The notes: generated by a model not told the origin, from the sequence alone. A stretch of DNA of 64,000 nucleotides from Chloroflexota bacterium (GCA_965261345.1 OZ253449.1:800001-864000); one strand, 5' to 3'. Positions 1-10,036 are shown, numbered from the stretch's first letter. A program made the numbers and translations.

Positions 1-1460
1 GCCGTTGCGATTGCCGCGCCAATCGATACCCGTTCGCCCGGTGCGGCCAAAAATTCTTCCAGATGCGAGTAAATCGAATAGACGCCGAGTCCGTGATCTA
101 GCACCAGCGTATTGCCATGGATATCCAGCAAAAGATTTGCGGCCACGACCCCCGAGGCCGCCGCCGAAACCGGGTCACCGAAGTCGGCTAGCAGATCGGT
201 TCCAAAATGCAACAGCGGAGTCTCCCGCTCGTTAGAGCGGCGAACATCCCCGTAAAACCCGGTGGCCGATGCGTCACGCGGGCTCTGGAACTGGGCTTCC
301 CAGTACCGTTGCAGGGCGATAGGCGATGTAGCTTCCACCAGGAATTCTTCCTCGGCAAGCTCAAGCGACTCGTCGAAGAGGTAGGCGATGTCATCCGGAA
401 ATCCGTAAATCGGGTACTCGACGACTTCCAATTCCAGCACTTCGATCGAAACCGAACCGCGCACTGCCGGTCCCAGTCCGATCGCTTCCAGCGGGACGTT
501 TATGACACCGGGGGCGAGATCGTGGGCCAGCGGCAGCAGAAGCTGCTGATCAGGCCCACCGCAAAACGACTTGGCGTCGGAGCCGACCGGACTTACCTGC
601 GATCCGGTGCCGGCGATCGAAATTACGGCCACCGACCCGGCGCGGGTAGGGGTGGCGCTGGCATCGATATGCTCGCCGGCGCGGGTTGCCGCGGAGGAAA
701 GCCGGGTCGCCGATTCGGGAATCAACCCAAATTCTTTGGCGATATCGCCGGTGTTGGCCAATATCGCCTCGCCCACCGGTCCGCCGATACCGGGGACATC
801 CCATACCTGGATGATTTGCCGCTGGGTGCGCAGGACTTTAACCGGACCGAAATCCTCATAACTGACCGGCAATCCGTACAGATCCAGCCAGCGCGGCGAC
901 CCCAAGAAGAAATCCCGGATGGTTTCGTCGACCGCCAGCAGTTGCAAGTGGTTCTGCATGATGTGGGCAAAATCGCCCGGCTGCGCCGGATCTAGGCCGG
1001 CATCAGCGGCGAGCTCGAAATAGCGGGGGATCTGGCGGGTTGCACGCAGCTCACCGTCGCGACCCAACTCGGAGAGCAGATCAACCGTGTTCACGTAGCT
1101 GATAGTCCCGGATCCCGGGGCGGTTTGCAGGATCGCCTTTTGGAATGCCTGGTACCAAAATCCGGCCTGCAAATAGCGATTCGAAACCGGGTAACCCAGA
1201 ACCGTATTTCCGCCCGCTTCCCGGAACGCGGTCAGAAAGCTGGCCTCAGAGTCATTTACCAAGTAGTAGCCGAGGCCCGAATCGGAGCCTGTTTGCGAGA
1301 AAAAATAGCCATCGTCAAATGCGTAGCTGGGCTCGGGCAGGCAGCTGGTCGAGAGCGCTGCTGCTGGTGATGGGACGACCAGTGGGATTAGCAACAAAGC
1401 CAGCGCCAGGGCCACCAATCTCCCGCGGCGAGCGAGCCCTCGAAAACGTGCGGCCGACAC
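1..1460 (-). CDS. Secreted M23-family metallopeptidase with N-terminal Chloroflexota-type surface domain (3' end outside window)
   Basis: Missing from the ORF track because it runs off the edge. Manual translation from GTG 1460 gives a signal peptide (RRGRLVALALALLLIPLVVPSPAAA), LGYPVSNRY..QAFQKAILQ, then M23 motifs HFGTD and GNTLVLDHGLGVYSIYSHL. Confidence 0.8.
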   Translation of the reverse strand, partial: MSAARFRGLARRGRLVALALALLLIPLVVPSPAAALSTSCLPEPSYAFDDGYFFSQTGSDSGLGYYLVNDSEASFLTAFREAGGNTVLGYPVSNRYLQAGFWYQAFQKAILQTAPGSGTISYVNTVDLLSELGRDGELRATRQIPRYFELAADAGLDPAQPGDFAHIMQNHLQLLAVDETIRDFFLGSPRWLDLYGLPVSYEDFGPVKVLRTQRQIIQVWDVPGIGGPVGEAILANTGDIAKEFGLIPESATRLSSAATRAGEHIDASATPTRAGSVAVISIAGTGSQVSPVGSDAKSFCGGPDQQLLLPLAHDLAPGVINVPLEAIGLGPAVRGSVSIEVLELEVVEYPIYGFPDDIAYLFDESLELAEEEFLVEATSPIALQRYWEAQFQSPRDASATGFYGDVRRSNERETPLLHFGTDLLADFGDPVSAAASGVVAANLLLDIHGNTLVLDHGLGVYSIYSHLEEFLAAPGERVSIGAAIAT

Positions 1461-1467
1461 TTCCGCC

Positions 1468-2550
1468 CTACCCCTCGGCCCTATAGCCGACCACTACGGC
1501 GATGGTTGTGCCGGAGCGGACCGTATGCCCCGGTTGGGGCGATTGGACGCGTACTTCCACCGCCCGATCCGGTCGCGGCGGCGGATTGATGACGCGCCCG
1601 ATCACTAAGCCCGAGCGGGCTGCCAGGGCCCGCGCGGTGACCAATTCGAGGCCGAGTAGATCAGGGACGATGACCTGGGGAGGTTGGTTGATAAAAAGGG
1701 CGATCGGTTGGTCCGGCGCCAGCACCGTGCCCGCCACTGGCGCCTGAGAGACGACCGTACCAACCGCCATCGATGGGAGATATTCATCGCTTTCCGATCG
1801 GCTGGCGGAGAAGCCCGCGGCGGCGGCGCGGCGCTCAGCCACCGCGACCGGCAGACCGGCCAAATCCGGGACTGTCAGCAAGCGAATCCCGGCATTGTAG
1901 GTGAGGGTTATTTCGGAGCCCGCCGCAATCGGGGTTCCCGGATCGGGAAACTGGGCCGATACAACCCCGACCGGGAGATTCGACTGGTGCGTGGCAACCG
2001 TCTCCACCGCGAAACCTTGCCCTGTCAGCTGCGCCTGCGCCAATTCCACGCTCTGGCCCACGAATGATCCGATTCCGGTCTGCACTCCGCTTTCGGCCAC
2101 CTGGATCGCGATCCCCTGACCGGGCGAAAGCAATATCCCAGCGACCGGATTCTGGTCTATGACAAGCCCTGGTTCGGAATTCTCATCGACAACCTCCGCA
2201 ACGACGAGTTGGAGGCCGCGCCCCGCCGCCGTCGCGCGCGCTTCGGGCAGGAGGCGCCCCACCAGCAACGGCGCCGCTATCTGATCGTCGCTCGGTGAAT
2301 CGGTCAGCGGCCTAAACGCGTAGGACAGCTCATCGGATAGCTTGGCCAGCGGGCGGGAAACGTCTATATCGAAGCTGAGAATGAGTGCGAAAGCCGCTAC
2401 TGCGGCCGCCAGCGAGAGCGAATACATCCAGCCGTTGATGCGGTAGTTGGGTGCTTCGCGGCGGGGGCGCCCCGGCAGGCCAATGCGCTTTGAGGACATG
2501 AGCGAGAGGGCTCGCTGACGCTTTGCGCGGTGCCCGAAAGGACTCAACAT
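1468..2550 (-). CDS. Membrane-anchored PASTA-repeat protein with no kinase domain
   Basis: One TM helix, then about 4 repeats of VPDL.G..A / G.V..Q.P.PG. Confidence 0.85.
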   Translation of the reverse strand: MLSPFGHRAKRQRALSLMSSKRIGLPGRPRREAPNYRINGWMYSLSLAAAVAAFALILSFDIDVSRPLAKLSDELSYAFRPLTDSPSDDQIAAPLLVGRLLPEARATAAGRGLQLVVAEVVDENSEPGLVIDQNPVAGILLSPGQGIAIQVAESGVQTGIGSFVGQSVELAQAQLTGQGFAVETVATHQSNLPVGVVSAQFPDPGTPIAAGSEITLTYNAGIRLLTVPDLAGLPVAVAERRAAAAGFSASRSESDEYLPSMAVGTVVSQAPVAGTVLAPDQPIALFINQPPQVIVPDLLGLELVTARALAARSGLVIGRVINPPPRPDRAVEVRVQSPQPGHTVRSGTTIAVVVGYRAEG

Positions 2551-2788
2551 TCAATTTCGCCGGCGCCAAGTTTCGACCGTGAACAACCGCCTCGCCCCGG
2601 CCGATCAAGCCGCCTTCGGCTCATTGAAAATTCGCGAGCCCCTTGGTGATTGACTGGGTTGACCAGATCGATGTCGTCCATCGGGGATTGCCAATTGTTA
2701 TGGTCCAAAAATCGGGAATCGGCCAACTTGTGCGATCCTTGGGCAATTTATTTTTGGCGGGGAGCGCGCGCCGATTGCACTTGTTTGG

Positions 2789-3787
2789 CTATCGCGATGA
2801 TTTTCGCCCGCGCGACTCGCGTTCTAGCATTCGCAGCGCTCGGCCAGCGGCGGTCTGCTCGGCCCCGCGCATAGTCTTGCCCGTCGAGTGCGCCAGATCG
2901 CGGCCGTCCAGGCTCACCGCGACCGCAAAGGTGGGAGCATGGGCAGGACCGCGGGTATCGATCATCTCATAGCGCGGCTGCAGACGATATTTCGATTGGG
3001 TCAATTGCTGCAAGCGCGATTTGTTGTCGGGAGGGGATTGCCGATCACGATCGCTGTCGGCGTAATTTTGACCGTTTGAGGAGGGTTCGGGGTTGGATTG
3101 GCGCCCGCGGATGTGGTGATTGTCCAGCAACAATTTCTTAAAGAACGGATCGAGAAATCGTTTGACCTGGTCTAGACCGTAATCGGAATCCAGGTAAACT
3201 GCGCCGACGATGGCTTCGAAACTGCGCCCCGCCACGCCTTTTTGATTGCGCTTCTTAGACAGGTCCAGACCCGACCCAACAATTACGTAGCGGTACAGGC
3301 CGATGCTGTCGGCCATCGCCGCCAGGGCGGTAAGGCTGACTAAGTCCTTGCGGACGTTGGTCATCTCGCCCTCGTCCATTTGCGGAAATCGCAAGTACAA
3401 CTCTTCGGTGGCAGCCAAATTAAGGGCCGAATCTCCCAGGAATTCCATCCGTTCATAGGAATCCAGACTGCTCAGGTGTCGATCTTCGTTGATGGCCGAA
3501 CGGTGAGTTAGGGCCTGCTGCAACAGCGCGATGGCTTGGAACCGGTATCCGAGGCTCCGCTCCAGGCTATCGAGGTTCCGCCCAGACTCCGATTGGGCGG
3601 CCGGAGGCCGCGTCGGCCGACGCGCCGCCACCCGTTGCGGAGATTCCTTGCGGCGTCCACGCCGAATGGGTGAATCTCCGTTTAGGCGTCGCATAGCAAT
3701 TCGTTGGGGCCGGCGCCCGCGCCGGTCACGGGTGGTTGAGGAATCGGGCGGGGCGGTTGCTGCCGGCTGGGTTGGCGGCTTCGTCAA
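2789..3787 (-). CDS. rnc: Ribonuclease III (start uncertain; Arg-rich N-terminal extension)
   Basis: ALTHRS, ERMEFLGDS signature, FEAIVGAVYLD, C-terminal dsRBD (KSRLQQLTQ..GPAHAPTF..AEQTAA). Confidence 0.95.
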   Translation of the reverse strand: MTKPPTQPAATAPPDSSTTRDRRGRRPQRIAMRRLNGDSPIRRGRRKESPQRVAARRPTRPPAAQSESGRNLDSLERSLGYRFQAIALLQQALTHRSAINEDRHLSSLDSYERMEFLGDSALNLAATEELYLRFPQMDEGEMTNVRKDLVSLTALAAMADSIGLYRYVIVGSGLDLSKKRNQKGVAGRSFEAIVGAVYLDSDYGLDQVKRFLDPFFKKLLLDNHHIRGRQSNPEPSSNGQNYADSDRDRQSPPDNKSRLQQLTQSKYRLQPRYEMIDTRGPAHAPTFAVAVSLDGRDLAHSTGKTMRGAEQTAAGRALRMLERESRGRKSSR

Positions 3788-3810
3788 TCCGAGCGCGCGA
3801 ATTATGTTTT

Positions 3811-4770
3811 TCAGGGTTTTACTTCGACCTTTGTCGGGATCACCGGCGAGAGCCAGTGACGGTATCTAGGAGTATGGCCCTTAACAACGTCAAAGTAGAT
3901 CTGTTGCATGGCCTTGGTAAATTCGCCGACTCCGCCGTTGCCAATTACCCGCCGGTCCAGGTGGGAAACAGCAGAGATTTGGGCACCGGTTCCGCAGAGG
4001 AAAAGTTCGTCGCAGGAATACAACTCGGTGCGATCAACCGATCGTTCAATCGTTTCCAGTCCGAACTCAGAATGGGCCAGCTCGATGACCGTCGCCCTGG
4101 TAATGCCTTCAAGGATGTTGTCGGTAACCGGTGGCGTAATCAGGGAGCCGTCGCGCAGCATGAACAGATTTTCGCCGGTGCCCTCACTCACATGACCGTC
4201 GGCGGTGAGCATGATGGCCTCGTCGTAGTTATCGAGCTCGGCTTCGGTCTTGGCCAGCGACGAATTCACATAGAGCCCGGTCGCTTTGGAGCGGGCCGGG
4301 ATCATGTTGTCGTCGATGCGGACCCATGGCGAGACGCAACAGCGAATCGGAGCGTTCACATCAAGATAGTCGCCAAACGGGGCAGCATAAAGGCAGAAAT
4401 CGTCTTCAAGGTTGACCGACTGCCCATCGGCATCCCGGCGGACCATGCTCAGGCCAATCGTGGTTGAGGCTTTGTAGACGAGCGGGCGTACATAGACATC
4501 GGTCCGGAATCCGCAGCGTCGGACCAATTCCAGGGTTAATTCGCACAGTTCCTCGACCGAGTAGTCAAGCGTGAGCAAGAGCATTCGAGCCGAACGGTGC
4601 AGGCGCTGGAAGTGCTCGGCCAACCGGAACAGGTAAATCTGCTCCTCGTCCTCGCGCCAGTACCCGCGTATGCCCTCAAAACAGCCGGTACCGTAATTGA
4701 ACGCGTGCGTTGCAATGCTTACCCGCGCGTCTTCAATAGGTACGAACTGGCCCTGGAAAAATGCCCACAT
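3811..4770 (-). CDS. ilvE: Branched-chain amino acid aminotransferase
   Basis: HAFNYGTGCFEGIRGY, KATGLY, EGTGENLF, LEGITR, GTGAQI; start placed at ATG 4770. Confidence 0.93.
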   Translation of the reverse strand: MWAFFQGQFVPIEDARVSIATHAFNYGTGCFEGIRGYWREDEEQIYLFRLAEHFQRLHRSARMLLLTLDYSVEELCELTLELVRRCGFRTDVYVRPLVYKASTTIGLSMVRRDADGQSVNLEDDFCLYAAPFGDYLDVNAPIRCCVSPWVRIDDNMIPARSKATGLYVNSSLAKTEAELDNYDEAIMLTADGHVSEGTGENLFMLRDGSLITPPVTDNILEGITRATVIELAHSEFGLETIERSVDRTELYSCDELFLCGTGAQISAVSHLDRRVIGNGGVGEFTKAMQQIYFDVVKGHTPRYRHWLSPVIPTKVEVKP

Positions 4771-4853
4771 ATTTGCCAACAATTTAAAGATTGCCCGAAC
4801 CACTGGCCAAGGCCGCCCGATTCCGGTGGCAATCATTAGCGGCGATATTACGT

Positions 4854-5360
4854 TCAGACAGAAAATTCTATATCTGAATCGCCTAACAATTTTTCGGCCT
4901 CACAGCCGGTATGGGTGGGGCGCGTCAGCAGTATCAGGTCACCACGCAGGTCGCTAAGCTGCCCACAGGTGGCAAAGCCCCATTTCCGATAGAGCTTTAG
5001 AGCATAGCGGTTGGGTTTGTCCACCGCGATGATCAACTCATTTCGCCCCCGCCGGCGGGCCAGGGCAGAGGCGGCAACCACCAACGCCAGGCCCACCCCC
5101 TGGCGCCGCTCGGCGGGGGCGACAAACAGCGTGTGCAAGTAACACTGCGTCCTATCGTTGGAAATCTTGGGATCGCACCCTCTAAACCGTACCCAGACTT
5201 GGCCAATCGCTTGTTCGCGGCCGGTGCAGATCGCCAATTCCTGGACACCGCTCGCAATTTCGGAGAAATAGCGCTTGAGCAGGTAATCGATATCGATCTG
5301 AGCGGTAAGCGCCCATAGATCCGTTAGCCGGTCCGAATCGGCCACACTTCCGCGCCGCAC
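4854..5360 (-). CDS. GNAT-family acetyltransferase (start uncertain)
   Basis: LHTLFVAPAERRQGVG and NRYALKLYRKWGF acetyl-CoA motifs; the ORF-track N-terminus overlaps the upstream gene. Confidence 0.8.
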   Translation of the reverse strand: MRRGSVADSDRLTDLWALTAQIDIDYLLKRYFSEIASGVQELAICTGREQAIGQVWVRFRGCDPKISNDRTQCYLHTLFVAPAERRQGVGLALVVAASALARRRGRNELIIAVDKPNRYALKLYRKWGFATCGQLSDLRGDLILLTRPTHTGCEAEKLLGDSDIEFSV

Positions 5361-5392
5361 CTTGAGTGCAACGTCGCCGTTCCCGCTTACGG

Positions 5393-6223
5393 TCAGCTGC
5401 CCGGCGGCCGCCACGCCGAAAGGCCCTTTGCGCCACTGGCCACGGCGAGTACCCGGGTGAGGGCGACCCTTTCGAGGGGAGTAATCGACTCGTGAGTGAA
5501 GCGATAGTCGGCCTTGCGCACAACCTCGTCGAGCTGCGATCGCAGCTCGGCCCAACGCACGGTTTCGGCCGCCGCCACTAACCCAACCGCAGCCCGATCA
5601 GGGGCCGCCGCTATCACCAGCCGCGCGTGCGGAAGGCACAGTCCGTCGCCGTCGCGGTAACGCTCCACCAGCATCGCGTCTTCGGCATGATCGGCCAATG
5701 CCGCGGCATAGCGTAATTCGCCGTTCCATTGCTCGGCACACGCCGGGCAGGGTTCGGGTTCGGCAAAGACGGATGCCCGGTTCAGGCGTCCACTCCAGCG
5801 TCGCAACCAGCGGAATAACCAGCGCGGCATCAAGGAATGCCTCACCTGTGGATCGGCCTTGGCGAGCTGCCGCGCGAGATTGGTGATGATGTCACCATAG
5901 GTGATCGCCAAACCCAGCGCATCGCGTTGATCGGGCAGCTGCCAGGCGTGAGTATTGCAGAAACCGTTGGCGGTCCGCATCGTTGCGCGGATGTCAATAT
6001 CGGTAACGTTATCAGAGCAGTAGACAGCGATGTAGCGATCAGTGAGCCGCAGTGCCAGGCGGCAGATCGGGCACCCTTCCAGGAGCATTGCTTCGTAAAG
6101 CTCGGCAAAACTGAGCTCCCGGCTGCTAAACCGCGGATCGGACCAGTCGATTTCGGTTCGTTCGAGATGGCGGCGACCCGAGTAGTCGGAAAAATATCGG
6201 CGCGCTGCGATTTTGCTTTCCAA
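5393..6223 (-). CDS. DUF6062-like Cys/His-rich putative Zn-binding protein
   Basis: Duplicated CPxC...CxxH modules (GCPIC..FCNTH; CPAC..LCLPH). Confidence 0.7.
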   Translation of the reverse strand: MESKIAARRYFSDYSGRRHLERTEIDWSDPRFSSRELSFAELYEAMLLEGCPICRLALRLTDRYIAVYCSDNVTDIDIRATMRTANGFCNTHAWQLPDQRDALGLAITYGDIITNLARQLAKADPQVRHSLMPRWLFRWLRRWSGRLNRASVFAEPEPCPACAEQWNGELRYAAALADHAEDAMLVERYRDGDGLCLPHARLVIAAAPDRAAVGLVAAAETVRWAELRSQLDEVVRKADYRFTHESITPLERVALTRVLAVASGAKGLSAWRPPGS

Positions 6224-6345
6224 TCAGTCAAAGTTGTAGGGGCGCCAGTAAACGCCCCGGGAAAGTTGCGTAAACTGATTCTCAATTCTCCGGAGTTGGC
6301 TTGCCAACACCAAACCATCAACGCCACTAGATAGCAGTTGCCGAC

Positions 6346-7908
6346 ATGTCCGAAGCGCTGATCGAAAGGATCACCGCTAGCAACCTCACTCCGGAAGCCC
6401 GCGCACTTGCCAAAGAATTGGCAAGGGTGTTGGGTCAAGAGGATGCCGCGCCCGCCGAAATCCACCACGCGTCCGAAATACTGGACCGCCTGTTGGCCCT
6501 ACCCTGGGCCGACCCCGCTCCGCCGCCGCAAGCTGATCCGGAGGTCTTGGCCGAAGCAATCGACACCGGGCAGTATGCCCCGAGTTTTTTTCGTCGGATT
6601 CTTGCCGATTGGTTGCTGACCGCGCACCTTGACCGCCACTCGGCAAATTCGCTCCTCATCGCCGGGCCCGCGGGCAGCGGTCGGCGGACCCTAATTGAGG
6701 GCGCCGCCGCCGCACTGGAGCTGCCGAGTGTGACCATCGATCTGGTGGGCTCGAGGTCTGAGAGCGATCTCTTTGGTCAGGCCGCCGGGCAGGCCCGCGG
6801 TTCGATCGGTTCTTTGGCGCGGGCACTGGCGCAGACGGGAGAGCGGCGCTGCCTTGTAATTCTGGCCAACGTTAATTGGGCAATCGCAAATTGGCCCGAT
6901 CACGGTACCTCGCTGCTCGCGCTGCTAATCGACCGGCAGGCCCGCTCCGAATGGCGCGACAACTACCTGGACGTGGCCTTCGACTTGAGCGCAACCATGT
7001 TTGCGATCACCGCCGATGGCGGCGGGTCGCTGCCGCCCGAGGTTGTCGAGCGGCTTACGGTGATCGACTGCCCCGGGTACACCCGGGGCCGACGTGTCGA
7101 AATAACCAGGAACAAGCTCTGGAATCAGATCAGCGACGAATTCGGCTTGGGCACCACGGTGGAATTGGGCGAAGACGCCGCCGGAGCGCTGGTCAATGAA
7201 TTTGCCCCCGAAGCCGGTTTTTCGGCAACCGCGCTGGCGCTTCGGGAAATCGCCCGCCGGATGGCGGCGGCCCCAGACTCAGACCGTACACCCCACGTCG
7301 ACGCCCAGATCCTTACCCAGATGTTGGGCAAGCCGCGCGCCTATTACCGAGCCGAGACCGCCTACGCGCGGCCCGGAATGTGCCGCAGTCTGCTGCTGGG
7401 GCCGCAGGGCGCCAGCGTCCAGGTAATCGAGGCCGTGCCGGTTCCGGGCGGACGCTATTACCTGTCCCCCGAGGGGACCCCTACACCGGTCAACAAGATT
7501 TTCGATACCGCCTATTACTATGTCCGTTCACGCATGACCGAACTGGACATTTCGGCCCGCCAGCTCTACGAATACGGCTACAAAATCAATCACACGCTTG
7601 AAAATGCCGATCACGACGTGGAATCGCTCTCACTGGCCGTACTGGTGGCCCTGGTCTCTGTGCTCCGCGATCGCCCAGTTGACGCTGAAACGGCAGTGAT
7701 TGGCGAAATGAACCAGAACGGGATGCTAATGGGTGGAATCGGTCTGCCGCACCGCTTGCTGGCGGCCCAGCGGTCCGGGCTGCGCCGGGTGATCCTGCCG
7801 CGCGCCAACGCCTTCGATATCGAGGACCTTCCGCCCGGACTCGAAAACGATATGACGTTGGTGATGGTCGCCGATGCTGACCAAGCGATTCGCGTGGCGT
7901 TGTCATGA
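6346..7908 (+). CDS. Degenerate Lon-like protein (AAA+ and S16 domains), probably inactive
   Basis: LALPW, DNYLDVAFDLS, GYT, C-terminal GEMNQNG..LLAAQRSGLRRVILPRAN; Walker A/B and catalytic Lys altered. Confidence 0.8.
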   Translation: MSEALIERITASNLTPEARALAKELARVLGQEDAAPAEIHHASEILDRLLALPWADPAPPPQADPEVLAEAIDTGQYAPSFFRRILADWLLTAHLDRHSANSLLIAGPAGSGRRTLIEGAAAALELPSVTIDLVGSRSESDLFGQAAGQARGSIGSLARALAQTGERRCLVILANVNWAIANWPDHGTSLLALLIDRQARSEWRDNYLDVAFDLSATMFAITADGGGSLPPEVVERLTVIDCPGYTRGRRVEITRNKLWNQISDEFGLGTTVELGEDAAGALVNEFAPEAGFSATALALREIARRMAAAPDSDRTPHVDAQILTQMLGKPRAYYRAETAYARPGMCRSLLLGPQGASVQVIEAVPVPGGRYYLSPEGTPTPVNKIFDTAYYYVRSRMTELDISARQLYEYGYKINHTLENADHDVESLSLAVLVALVSVLRDRPVDAETAVIGEMNQNGMLMGGIGLPHRLLAAQRSGLRRVILPRANAFDIEDLPPGLENDMTLVMVADADQAIRVALS

Positions 7909-7938
7909 CCGTCACAATGCCGCGGGGTTAGACGAGGG

Positions 7939-9003
7939 ATGTTCGGCGTTGGCGTAACCGAATTCCTGTTCATCCTGGCAATCGCCATGATCATCCTCGG
8001 GCCCGACCGGTTGCCCGAGGCGATGGGGCGAGTGGGCAGAATGGTGCGCAAGTTGCGTGGCTGGGCCAGCGAATTTCGGGCCGAATTCGACGAAGAGATC
8101 CAAATGCTGCGCAGTGAAGTTGCGGTTCTCCAGCGCGAGGCTGAGCTGACGCGTCAGGAACTGGTTGAGATCCACGCCGAAGTTGCGGCCACGGTCGGCG
8201 AGGCTCAGGACGACCTGGACGCGGCGGCGGCCGACATTGCCGAGCAGGTGGGATCGGCAACCACGACCGCCGGTGGCCAACTTGAGGCTGCCGCGCAAAC
8301 CCTGACCAACCCCGCCCGGGTGGCGATGCCGACTCGTGCCACACCGCCCCAGGCCCCGTCGCCGAACATTGCAGCGAGCAGCTCCGAAGCTTCGGCCGGG
8401 GACGCGATGGCCGGGGCGATCGCCGAGGCGTTCGCCCCGGCCAATGGCGGCGGCGAACCGGCCGATGCCAGCGTCCCCGACGCACCGCGCTGGCAGGCCC
8501 AACCATCGCCCGGCGAACAGCTGGCAGGGGCAAGCAGGATGGTATCTCGTTTTTCCCCCGAAAGCGGCCAATATGCAACGATGCTGCGGACAGTTGCCGG
8601 GGCCGGGGCCGATTCACTGGCGGCGGGGCGGGCGGCGCTGCGGGCGCTGGGTCAATCCGATGCCGCCGAGTTGACTGCATATATCGACAAGGGGCCGATG
8701 GCCGCCGCCCTGCTGTGGGCCGGCAGCATGCAGGCTCATCTGGATGCCGGCGCAATTTCCATCGAGCGCCCGGTTGAAGCTTCGGACGCGGCGGTCCACA
8801 TTCGCCTGACCGCCGACCCATTCGGCTTAATACGTCCGATCGACGCGCCGGCGGCCCGCCTGGCAACCCACTACGAACAGGCGTTCTTTGCCGGACTGGG
8901 GGTGACTATGGAGAGTTGTTCGCTGTTGGCTGAAGGCGCCGAATACACCGAATTTACGTTGACCCGAATCCAGGCCGAAAACGATGCCCCCGAATCCGGC
9001 TGA
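7939..9003 (+). CDS. tatB: TatB-like translocase subunit with extra C-terminal domain
   Basis: MFGVGVTEFLFILAIAMIILGPDRLPE N-terminus, coiled coil, Ala/Pro linker, then about 150 aa of globular-looking sequence. Confidence 0.7.
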   Translation: MFGVGVTEFLFILAIAMIILGPDRLPEAMGRVGRMVRKLRGWASEFRAEFDEEIQMLRSEVAVLQREAELTRQELVEIHAEVAATVGEAQDDLDAAAADIAEQVGSATTTAGGQLEAAAQTLTNPARVAMPTRATPPQAPSPNIAASSSEASAGDAMAGAIAEAFAPANGGGEPADASVPDAPRWQAQPSPGEQLAGASRMVSRFSPESGQYATMLRTVAGAGADSLAAGRAALRALGQSDAAELTAYIDKGPMAAALLWAGSMQAHLDAGAISIERPVEASDAAVHIRLTADPFGLIRPIDAPAARLATHYEQAFFAGLGVTMESCSLLAEGAEYTEFTLTRIQAENDAPESG

Positions 9004-9028
9004 CGGAAGGACGGACGGCCCGGCGACG

Positions 9029-10036
9029 GTGCGAATTTTCAGCGCCGATTTAATCCAACTGGCGGCCGGGTTGCTCGGCGCGGCCGGCGTTGGTGCCGAC
9101 GCGGCGGAGTCCACTGCCCGGGCATTGGTTGATTCCGACCTGCGTGGGCACTACAGTCACGGCGTCTTTCTGGTGCTCACCTACCTGGAGGATCTGGCCA
9201 ACGGCGGCATCGAACCGGCCGGAGGGCCAACGCTTGAATACAAGCGCGGTGCGATTGCGCGCATCGACGGCGGCTGCGGGCTCGGGCAGCTGAGCGCCCG
9301 GCTGGGAATGGAAACCGCGATCGGGCTGGCCCAGGAGTGCGGCGTCGGGTGCGTCAGCGTCCATTCAACTGGACATTTCGGAGCCGGCGCCTACTGGGTC
9401 GAGATGGCCGCCGAGGCCGGTCTAATCGGGTTCGCCACGTCAAGCGAGCCGGCCGGCCTGGTAACGATTCCACAGGGCCTTCGGCCGGCGCTGGCAAACC
9501 TGCCGTTGGCCTGGGGATTCCCCGGCGACGACGGGCATCTGATCTTGGACATGGCCACCGGAGCCGCCGCCGACGGCAAGTTGAAACTGGCCCGCCTGGG
9601 CATTGGGAAACTGCAGCCGGGATGGGCGCTCGGCGGGGATGGTGTCCCGGAATTGAACCCCGACCGAGCGACCATGATCCAAACGCTGGCGGGACCCAAG
9701 GGCGTGGCGCTCACACTGGCCGGCGATGCCCTGGCGGCCATCCTGGCGGGAACGCCGGGCACCACCGTACGCGGCTTGCGCGGAGGCTTCCAACCCGGGA
9801 GCACCTGCCAGTTCTTTCAGGCCATCGATGTAGCCGCATTCACGGACCGGGATGAATTTGCGGTCAATTTGGGCCGGCAGTTGTCCGCAATCAGGAAGGT
9901 CCCGACCCGACCCGGCGCCGCTCCGGCGCGGGTGCCGGGTGAACGTGGGCAAGCCATGCGCAAACTCCAGGCCAGCGAGGGCATCTTGCTACCCGAACCG
10001 ATTTGGCGGGCCCTGCGGGCGGCCGCCCGCGAGTGA
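9029..10036 (+). CDS. Ldh_2 (ComC/AllD-type) NAD(P)-dependent oxidoreductase
   Basis: DLRGHYSHG, GHFGAG, LDMAT, GPKG, RVPGE motifs. Confidence 0.88.
   Translation: MRIFSADLIQLAAGLLGAAGVGADAAESTARALVDSDLRGHYSHGVFLVLTYLEDLANGGIEPAGGPTLEYKRGAIARIDGGCGLGQLSARLGMETAIGLAQECGVGCVSVHSTGHFGAGAYWVEMAAEAGLIGFATSSEPAGLVTIPQGLRPALANLPLAWGFPGDDGHLILDMATGAAADGKLKLARLGIGKLQPGWALGGDGVPELNPDRATMIQTLAGPKGVALTLAGDALAAILAGTPGTTVRGLRGGFQPGSTCQFFQAIDVAAFTDRDEFAVNLGRQLSAIRKVPTRPGAAPARVPGERGQAMRKLQASEGILLPEPIWRALRAAARE

Noticed and set aside
2544-2726. 60-aa ORF between rnc and the PASTA gene
   Set aside because: No motif, weak start, and no supporting evidence.
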